Assembly (NCBI GenBank): GCA_025786725.1
Contig: JAHLTZ010000067.1
Location: 1-63,460 of the forward strand
Source of the DNA: Syncephalis fuscata S228
Lineage: Eukaryota; Fungi; Zoopagomycota
Length of the DNA stretch: 63,460 nucleotides
Direction: 5' to 3'
The notes below the pieces were generated by a model, which was not told where the DNA came from, did no database searches, and was given only the letters and a program-made list of their open reading frames with translations. Position 1 is the stretch's first letter. Every line of letters begins with the position of its first letter. The position numbers and the translations under genes are program-made. Shown piece by piece: positions 40,791 to 50,843 of this stretch.

Positions 40791-41930
40791 CAAGATATAG
40801 CTCAGAATTATATATTTACTATATATAGAAAATAGAATAAAAAACTCATATTTAAGTGTGCAATACACATTGAATCATTTATCCAGTGATGCTCATATTA
40901 GATCATAATGAAAATATTTAATTATATTATTTAATCCGGGATGTCAACTATTTTACATCATTTATTTATTTCAATACATTCGCTGCTTATTTTAATTATA
41001 TTGCTTTATCTTCTAATTATTTTTCTTTTTCATGGTATCTATTAATTGTCACTGGCGTGATTATTGATTAGTATACGTACTTAATTCATTTAATACATAG
41101 TTTGGTAATAGTTTTAACTAAACAGCACTATTTCCAACAGTGTGAGCGTACTAATCGTACAATGCTCAATAATGTAACACTTATAACAATATAAGGAAGG
41201 CCAAAGTAAATAATAAAACATTCTTACCATCTTATTTCTAGTTGTACTATATATAGTTTATATCATTCGTAAATGAGCAGTAATCCAGCAAAAAAATTAT
41301 GTCAATCATATGTTAATTATATTTTTACATTATTATTTCATTACTTAACTCACTAAACAGCAATAAAAAATAGTAGGCAGTACTGTTTAATTTTTTGGAA
41401 ACTATACCCTGTTATCACATTAAACCAATACGATAACAAGTCGGCTATATGACAATTCGACCATTGGTACAAGCTACATTTATTGTTTCTAGAAACAGTT
41501 CCGGTGTACCATTATGTTTTTGCTATTGCTTTGCCGCCAATCCTAATTCCCAATGGCTGCATACATTCCAAACAACGCTTAACACCAATACTGCACCAGC
41601 TTTAAGGCACTGAAATTGCATTTTTGCTTATAACACACTTAAAATAGCTCAACACTTCAGTGTGCAATGCAATAATATTAATTATTTGACACTTGTGCCA
41701 TCCAGAAATATTATATTGGTATCTACCTCTACATTACTTATTTGAAAGGTAAATGATACAGCTATTGCTTTTAGCGAAACAACAACAGGTGTGTAACATT
41801 TGTTGCTGCGTTCATTGATAATATTAATGTTTAATAGTCGCAGTTTTCCTAAACATGACATAATACTGGCAATACAGCTGCTCTTATATTCATATACACA
41901 TCGATAATGTATAATAAAGTTTTATTTTAT

Positions 41931-42596
41931 TTATGATCTGTGATAAATCAATGATTTTATCTCATCTTCGGATACATTATCAAAGTTTATTGGCTTCTTT
42001 TCAATGCTAATACGTTCGGATTTTACTGATTCATTTATTGAAGGTGAAGGTGATGTATTGTAGCGTGATTCTTTGTTAGCTTTCTTTAATAGCGATGTAG
42101 AAAATAGCTGGCTTCCATTGAAGCTTTTTGGTCTAACCTTAGCTAGTGTCTCCTTGCTTTTGGTAAAAAGATTCGAAACGCTGAGCTTTGTTTTAAGCGA
42201 TGACGAACTCAAGCGTTTATGTTTCGGTGGCAGTGGTGGTAGCGGGCGATCCTTATTTTCAGCACTTGGTCCATGTAATATATTTTTCTTCAGCTCTTCA
42301 GTGCCTCTATTTGACCAATGTTTGGGTGGTTTTGGTGGCGGTAAAACTTCAACTTTACTATTTAAATAGTGTTCATCACTAAGTGCTTGTAATGGACGAT
42401 TGTTATTGCTAAAACTCGGTTTATGCAATATAGGTTCATCTAGCTCTTTACTACTTCTATTTGACTGATGCCGCGGTGGTGGCGGGATTTCAAATTTACC
42501 GTTTACATAACGTTCATTATCAGCTGGTGCTGCCGCGATAAATGCCGTAAACGCAGCAAGATTACTTAGTATTATAGCAATAGCAAGCACACGCAT
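41931..42596 (-). CDS. Secreted Pro-rich protein with an internal duplication (effector-like)
   Basis: Intronless ORF with signal peptide MRVLAIAIILSNLAAFTAFIAA, two ~47-aa repeats and PxxP motifs. Confidence 0.75.
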   Translation of the reverse strand: MRVLAIAIILSNLAAFTAFIAAAPADNERYVNGKFEIPPPPRHQSNRSSKELDEPILHKPSFSNNNRPLQALSDEHYLNSKVEVLPPPKPPKHWSNRGTEELKKNILHGPSAENKDRPLPPLPPKHKRLSSSSLKTKLSVSNLFTKSKETLAKVRPKSFNGSQLFSTSLLKKANKESRYNTSPSPSINESVKSERISIEKKPINFDNVSEDEIKSLIYHRS

Positions 42597-43264
42597 TATA
42601 ATTGTCGTATCAATTTGTAATTATAATAAAAGAAAAAAATAAAATATACCAGAGACTATGCGCGTGAAGGCTATAATATATATGTATATATATATCAGCA
42701 CATGTGCGTGGCATGTTCCAAAACTAAATACAAATGCTTAAACAAAACAACATTAGCACGTTTATAAATATTTATTGGATAATTACTTGATTTATTTGGG
42801 TTACAATGCTTTTTATGGTCTATTGTCAAATGCACCCATGTTGTATTTGCATATTGGTTCAGATAATGCTTTGTCTTTCTTTATAGCTCTATATGTGTGT
42901 GTGTATCTATATACAATTATTCAAAGCGGTGTATAACAAATACTCATATGTAAAAATGTGTTTACTAATTTTTGCTAATATACTACATGAAAAATGCTAC
43001 TAGTGATAAATCTATAAATAAATGATCATTTATTATAATTATAGTTTTATTCACTCTAAAATATTATTATTTATAATAATTATTTAATTAGAAGTATGCG
43101 ATAAATGGTAAAATATAAATGATATAGTTAAACAAATTTTAGCTAAATAATTAATGTTATTACCGTTATATATAGCTTGTAATACTTTTGTAAAAAATGT
43201 AATATTAAACAAGGTATTATTTTAAGTTTTGCTTTATGTACCATTTAAAACACAAAATTATATC

Positions 43265-43336
43265 GGTTGCATGGTGTAATGGTTAGCACATCAGACTTTG
43301 AATCTGGGGACCTGAGTTCGATTCTCAGTGCGACCA
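43265..43336 (+). tRNA. tRNA-Gln(TTG)
   Basis: Acceptor GGTTGCA/TGCGACC, anticodon arm TCAGA-CTTTGAA-TCTGG, T-loop TTCGATT, T5 downstream. Confidence 0.95.
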
Positions 43337-43849
43337 AACATTTTTGCACATTATTTTTAATAATGTGCAGTACTTTTGTGACTTTTTACATTTTTAAGCA
43401 TTTGTCGGACTGTAAAATTTTGCTTAACGAATTACACGCTACAACTGGCAATAATTTACCATTACGAATATTAAGATAGTTACATGTAAGTAGTAGTAGC
43501 TTTTGGACTTTGAAATTTTGCCTGACTAAATTACACACCACACACCACTCCATCCAGCACTAAGTATTTACCATATGAATAGATAATTCATATGATCAAT
43601 CCGATGACCAGCCATATGAATTCACACCTGAGCTAACCCATGATTCTATGACAATCAACATCGTCAATATTATTGTCGACGTCATATTATCATTATTATT
43701 ATCATTACACGGTTATATTAATTATTTTAGTATATAAACCAACACATTTTATTAACAAATAAACAATAAATTGTTAACTGTCTTATCTACAAAACACATT
43801 TTATTGATCAAGTACTACGATAGTCAGAAGGTAGTGACTTTGACGACAA

Positions 43850-45328
43850 TAGCTAATCAACATAGTTATACAATGCAGCCACTCTTAATACATCCAATAA
43901 CAAAGGGAGGCCAATAGTGCTGCTGAGTGTGTAGTACAAGTAAAGAAAATACGACATTATTTATTATTGCTTGTGAATGTGAAGATGTTATATAGGCAAA
44001 CACAAAGCGTAACTAGTGGGCTATTAGTAACACTACCGATAAGAATAGCATTAGTATGGATAATAGTTATGCTGTGCCGGGTATAGTTAGTATAGATGTC
44101 GATAAACTAGTAGGTGCGTGTTATTAATGGTGTGCACCATACGCACATTATTACATATTACAATGGTGTATCTATTAATATATATTACTATTGGTACGTT
44201 ACGATACTACTTAAACAATAGTGATATGTAATGGCCAACGCATCACCAAAGGTGCCTATTAATAAGGCAATTATTGTCATAATACGACTATTAACCATTT
44301 ATCAATCTAAATAACGATTATATTGCCACATGGCCAAGCAACAATATAACCACTAGTTATTTCTTTCTGTTATTATTTACAAATAATTCATTATCTTTTT
44401 ACTAATCTCTCAGCTTTACTAAAAGCTTTTGTTATAAAATCATTGTGATTGACCATCAGCGATAATGCAAAGTACTACTGCCATCTAAAGGTTGAGTCTT
44501 TTATTTAACAATGACTAGTCTATCTACAGTCCTTTTTAAATGGCATATTTTTGTTTAACCATTGATTCGTATTATGCTATTATTATATGTTGGTTTATTT
44601 CTTCACTATTAAACAATTTATTACCCATTTAGTGTGATTTGAGGTCAAATGAATTTATTTAATAACATTCGCGTAGCTGAACTACATTTTCGTTCTCTTG
44701 AACATGGGGACAAGTGGTGAGTTTTATTTAATCATTACATTATCACATTTGTTGTTTTCTGGTGGTCAAATGGCTGATATCTAATAATAACCAATTTATT
44801 GAACATGATGATGAGCGGTGAGTGACATCAATTATAAATACTCATCACTGTAGATCCATTATCCAGTATGCATATATCCAGTACACATATATACTCTATT
44901 CACCTATATCATTCCCATTCTGTCCCACACTGTTATATACCATTCTATGATATACTAAATACATTCTATTGTTTATATGCTTCAATATACATTATTTATT
45001 TCACTTATTGCGCTATATGCACTATATTTTTGACATTGCTTTGCATGCTTTCTCACCGTATATCTAGCATTTTATATATCATTATATAATTGCCTAGCCT
45101 TCCTCTATTCAAAACTAGTTTTATTTTTGTTCTAGCGCTATTATTAATAAATCTCGACTAATTCCGCTCATCTACTCATGCATATATGCTCAGTAGCTTC
45201 AACACGGCTAATCGTCACTCAATGTTGTATATTCTTTATATTATATATAACTTTATTGTCTAGTAAGTACGCGCTAGCTATTGTAGCTATCCTTTTTGTT
45301 CTAGCGTTGTTATTGATAAATATCGACT
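43850..45328. repeat. 1479-bp inverted repeat, right copy (partner 32200-33678)
   Basis: Reverse complement of 32200-33678. Confidence 0.93.
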
Positions 45329-46201
45329 ACTGTTGGTCATCTGTTCATGCATATATGCTCATTATTTTTTACACAGCTAGTCATGTTCTTTCATTATCTG
45401 GTCATTCTACTACATATCATTTTATCATTCTGCAATAGCTACACACTATATAACAGGACTAGCGCTAATGCTATGACAGTGATGACAGTTGGACTCATCA
45501 CTATATAGCATAGGTTATATGGGCTACACTTACTTCTTTCTATCACTTTTCATTACGTCACCATCACACTCTTTCTTTCTATTCCTTATTGTACTTGCCA
45601 TCTGTATTCTTTATTCATCACTTTCATATGTAATTATGATGGTAAGTAGGTATGCTATATGCACATCACGCTTGAGTCTATCTTTTCTGTCCTTCATACC
45701 ATCTTACTTTGTTGTTGCTGTTGTCCGCCAAATATTCTCTTATTATTTACACTATACAGCGTGCATGTATGCTAGTCATCTACACTATATGCATTCTGGT
45801 TATTGCACATCATTGTTTAATGCGCAGCGTTGCTTTGTCATCTGTTACAACTATTGAATAGTATTTACATTTTATATTGATATGTAGATTGCACCACAGT
45901 AACCACAGTTACTTTTGTTATTATTCATTGTCTCGTTGGTATGAGTCATCTATCATATTGTGCTGATGATAACAGTAATTATATTAATAGATTATATGCA
46001 TATACTATTAGCATTATTATATGCCTATTTATTTATATGTAATATATCTATAATCATTGTTATTATTATAAGTGTACGCTTTATTCAATGCATGATGCAA
46101 TCTTGGGGGAGGGAAAGACTGTGTGTGACCAAATGACAGATAGTAACAGTTTTACGTAAAACAGAAATTACGAACGACCTGCAAAAAACTGCCTTCATTT
46201 C

Positions 46202-46320
46202 AACTACGTTCATTGCGCCTAGAAAGCACCGGATCCCGTCCGATCTCCGAAGTTAAGTTAGGCCGCGCTTCTGTAGTACTGCGGTGGGGGACCACGCGGG
46301 AATGAGAAGTAATGTAGTTA
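46202..46320 (+). rRNA. 5S rRNA
   Basis: ~119 nt. Terminal helix AACTACGTT/AATGTAGTT, with conserved GATCCCGTCCGATCTCCGAAGTTAAG (box A) and TAGTACTGCGGTGGGGGACCACGCGGGAAT (box C). Confidence 0.93.
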
Positions 46321-46327
46321 CCGAATA

Positions 46328-46400
46328 GCCCGGTTAGCTCAATCGGTAGAGCGTGAGACTCTTAATCTCAAGGTTGCGGGTTCGACCCCCGCATTGGGCT
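46328..46400 (+). tRNA. tRNA-Lys(CTT)
   Basis: Acceptor GCCCGGT/ATTGGGC, anticodon arm TGAGA-CTCTTAA-TCTCA, T-loop TTCGACC. Confidence 0.95.
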
Positions 46401-46402
46401 TA

Positions 46403-46408
46403 TTTTTT
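46403..46408 (+). terminator. Pol III oligo-T terminator of the 5S-tRNA-Lys unit
   Basis: First run of four or more T after the 5S start (T6). Confidence 0.75.
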
Positions 46409-46454
46409 GTTGCGTTTGGTTGTACGTAATCTTTTTGCGGTAATTTTAAGTTAA

Positions 46455-48987
46455 CTGTCATCAAAATAGCTACTTTCTGACTATCGTAGTACTTGATCAA
46501 TAAAATGTGTTTTGTAGATAAGACAGTTAACAATTGGATGTAAGATATTGTTTATTGGTTAATAAAGTGTGTTGGTTTATATACTAAAATAATTAGTATA
46601 ACCGTGTAATGATAATAATAATAATATGACGTCGACAATGATATTGACAATCAATATCGTCATAGGATCATGTGTTAGTTTTAGGTGCTAATTCATATGG
46701 TAAATACTTATTGCTGAATGGAAGTGGTGTGTAAATTAGTCAGGCAAAATTTCAAAGTTTGACACTAGTAACAGGTAATAATTCACCATCACTTAGTTTT
46801 TACCATATAAATTAACAACAATATGTATTCTCATCATCATAATATACTACTACTATTATATTAAGTAAATATTTAGTATATAAATTATTAATTAATTAAA
46901 TAAATATAATATTACATCCGATTGTTTACTGTCTTACCTGTATTCACATACTTTTATTGTTCAAGCTAATACAATACTTAAAAAGTAGCGATTTTGATGA
47001 CAGAGATAAATTAGAAAAGAACGCAGTGATGTGACTTTATAATGTTTAGATAATTGCGCTTTAAATACGTGAATTAATAAATGTTGATCATTATGCGAAC
47101 AGCTACTATCAGGACTTTTACTAGTATTTAAAGGTTAAAAATACTACAAATACATAGACAATAAGATAGAAAAAAAGGTTGTTTTATTACAAGTTGTGTA
47201 CCAATTGTATGATTTATATAGTCTTAGAGTAGCGTAATATATAGATACACTGCTAAAGCTAGTGCTTGTTTTTATATAGTAAAGCTGAAAGAATAGTAAT
47301 GAAAATAATAAAATATTTGCTAAATGACAATAGGAAACAAACAAGTAAGCAAATATATTACTAATTGGCCATGTGACAACATAATCGCTATTTAGATTGG
47401 TAAATGGTTAATGGTTGTATTAAGACGACAACTGCTTTATTAATAGATACATTTAGTAATGTGCACTAGTAGACACATCACTATAATGTATAATAATGTG
47501 TAAAAAATGTAAAACTGGCCACAAAAGTAGCAATAGCTTTACATAGAATAAGTCAAATTGTATAGTATTTTGCACAAGTATTCATATGATATATAGATAG
47601 CTATTGATAAAGTATACCGCAATTACATAGCGCGATAGTGTAATGGTAGTGATGATACGTTAATAAATGTGCAAAAATAGCAGTTTTTTACTGTTTATGG
47701 CTTGTATAATTAAAATACAGCAAAATAATTGGCAGATTCGAGTTCCCCATGCTAAGCTTTACCGTCTGGTATAAGATTTAGAACAATGATTTTTGCAACA
47801 AATGTTAGTCAAAAATGCAGTCTACGTATAAATTAACAAAAAGTGACTAGACTTTATAATTTCAAGCAATTTAATACTAATAATTAAATTTGGCTTAAAG
47901 TAAATTCAAAGCATTCTACAACACTAAAACAAGCATAATAAGTTGTTATGCATAAATAACGACATATAGTAGTAAGTTATGCCATATATTTACATATAGC
48001 AGATTTTCATTAAGCTACTTATGTAAATCGTATTTTTGACTAACATTTGTTGCAAAAATCATTGTTCTAAATCTTATACCAGACGGTAAAGCTTAGCATG
48101 GGGAACTTGAATCTGCCAACTATTTTGCTGTATTTTAATTATACAAGTCATAAACAGTAAAAAACCGCTATTTTTGCACATTTATTAACGTATTATCACT
48201 ACCATTACACTATCACGCTATGTAATTGCGGTATACTTTGTCAATAGCTACCTATATGTTATACACACACTTATGCGAAGTATCAGACAATTTGCTTCAT
48301 TATACGTAAAGTTATACGTATTATTATCGATGTTTTACTATATGTATTTAAACAATGTAAACTGCATTTTTGACTAACATTTGTTGCAAAATCATTGTTT
48401 TAAATCTTATACCAAACGGTAAAGCTTAGCATGGGGAACTCGAATCTGCCAACTATTTTGCTGTATTTTACTTATACAAGCCATAAACAGTAAAAACTGC
48501 TATTTTTGCACATTTATTAACGTATTATCACTACCATTACACTATCGCGCTATGTAATTGCGGTATACTTTATCAATAGCTATCTATATATCATATGAAT
48601 ACTTGTGCAAAATACTATACAATTTGACTTATTCTATGTAAAGCTATTGCTACTTTTGTGGCCAGTTTTACATTTTTTACACATTATTATACATTATAGT
48701 GATGTGTCTACTAGTGCACATTACTAAATGTATCTATTAATAAAGCAGTTGTCGTCTTAATACAACCATCAACCATTTACCAATCTAAATAGCGATTATG
48801 TTGTCACATGGCCAATTAGTAATATATCTGCTTAATTATTACTATTATCATTATTACTATTATACTAAGTAAATATTTAGTATATAAAGCAGGTTATTTT
48901 ATTAATTAAATAAACATTATATTACATTCACATATTTTTATTGTTCAAGCTATCACGATAGTCAAAAAGTAGCTATTTTAATGGCAG
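46455..48987. mobile_element. Composite non-coding TIR element containing a nested ~1.5-kb foldback (47346-48834)
   Basis: Left end CTGTCATCAAAATAGCTACTTTCTGACTATCGT versus reverse complement of the right end CTGCCATTAAAATAGCTACTTTTTGACTATCGT (30/33). Internal ~480-bp inverted arms. Confidence 0.65.
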
Positions 48988-49237
48988 CTGTGTACACGTT
49001 TGATTGCACGTGATTTTTTGCGGTATCTTTAAGCCGGTTACAGTGCGGAAAGTACATGTGGCGTTCCGGTAGAACGGTCGCGCTACTTTGGCCACCAGTA
49101 TTTAAGTGACGTACTTGTGCTGTATTCGTTACACAATACTGCTTTAACATTTTATTTATTCATTACACTTTTCCTGCTACTAGTTCGTCATCTATATAAC
49201 TACGCGGAATTTACTGTTTTTATTCTACACTACTAAC

Positions 49238-50565
49238 ATGCTCCTTGCACTACTTCGTAATACTGCTGTACGCGCCAGTATTGTTAATACAAACGTGCGC
49301 CGTGCATTTAGTGCGGCCGTGTCATCATCTGAAGGTGGCGTTAGTTTTAACCTGTCTGAAGATCAACGTGCCATCCAAGAGCTAGCTCGCAACTTTGCAG
49401 CTGAAGAGATCATACCAAAAGCACGTCATCACGATATTACTGGTGAATATCCTATGGAGATTATTAAGAAAGCATGGGCACTTGGTCTTGTTAATACGCA
49501 TGTACCGCAAGAGTGTGGCGGTCTTGGTCTTGGCGTGTTCGATTCGAGCTTAGTGACGGAAGAGCTAGCATATGGTTGTAGTGGCATTCAAACAGCCATA
49601 GAAGGCAACAATCTGGCTCAAGCACCAGTTGTATTGGCTGGCAATGAGGCGCAGCAGCGCAAGTATCTTGGACGTATGACGGAAGAGCCATTGATGTGCG
49701 CATACTGCGTGACCGAACCAAGTGCTGGCTCTGATGTTGCAGGCGCCAAAACACGCGCCGAAAAGCAGGGCGACCACTGGATACTTAACGGCCAAAAGAT
49801 GTGGATTACTAATGGCGGCAAGGCCAATTGGTACTTTGTATTAGCACGTACCGATGCAAAAGCAAGCACTGGCAAAGCATTTACTGGCTTTATTGTGGAT
49901 GCTGACTCGCCAGGTATTACTGTAGGCCGCAAGGAAATCAATATGGGCCAACGTGCCAGTGATACGCGTGGTATTACATTTGAGAATGTTAAAATACCCG
50001 ATGAGAATCGGTAAGTTTATTTGCTTGGATGTTTGCTTATAAATACTGAATAGTTTCACTGAATAAAACATTTATTAGGTTGGGCGAAGTTGGCCAAGGC
50101 TTTAAGATTGCCATGGGTGCATTCGATATTACTCGCCCGTTAGTTGCAGCCGGTGCGGTTGGTCTTGCTCGTCGCTGCTTGGACGAATCGACACGCTATG
50201 CACTGGAGCGACGCACCATGGGTCAACCTATCATTCAGCATCAGGCCATTCAATTTATGCTAGCTGATATGAGCATTGGTATTGAGTCGGCTCGTATGAT
50301 GGTGTGGCGTTCTGCTTGGTTGCGTGACCAAGGAAAACGCAACACGTATTACGCTTCAATTGCTAAAGCATTAGCAAGTGAAGTGGCCAATAAGTCTGCA
50401 GCCGATGCCGTGCAGATATTTGGCGGCAACGGCTTTAACACTGAGTACCCGGTTGAAAAGCTAATGCGTGATGCTAAAATTTTTATGATCTACGAAGGAA
50501 CAAGTCAGATCCAGCGTCTGGTCATTAGTCGCTTTATTGCGGAAGCTGCCGCTTCTAAATCTTAA
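49238..50565 (+). CDS. Mitochondrial acyl-CoA dehydrogenase (medium-chain type), two exons
   Basis: Arg/Ser-rich presequence, [59 protein letters not shown]. Confidence 0.95.
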
Positions 50566-50666
50566 ATCATTATTATAATAAAGTAGCAGTCGATTATGTA
50601 CAGCTTATTGATTGTCGTTTGTCTATGACATGTATGAATCATTGACGCATAAACGATTAATAAAAC

Positions 50667-50843
50667 AAAGTTCTATTGTTAATATAAAGTACGCAATACA
50701 GTCAAAATGATACACCGACATTACTTCATTCAATACTTGTTTGTATAAAGGCGACTAATAATATCAATGAAAAGTATATATGATAATTATAGGTAGGATA
50801 GGCACTGAGTGCAATACAATAAGTGGCACATTTAATGATGATT
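50667..50843. repeat. ~175-bp direct repeat, copy 1 (copy 2 at 58806-58983)
   Basis: Near-identical sequence AAAGTTCTATTGTT...AAGTGGCACATT at both sites. Confidence 0.9.

Noticed and set aside
43267-43479. 70-aa ORF
   Set aside because: Overlaps tRNA-Gln and repeat DNA.
46339-46533. 64-aa minus-strand ORF
   Set aside because: Antisense translation of tRNA-Lys (AGVEPATLRLRV is a typical tRNA artefact).
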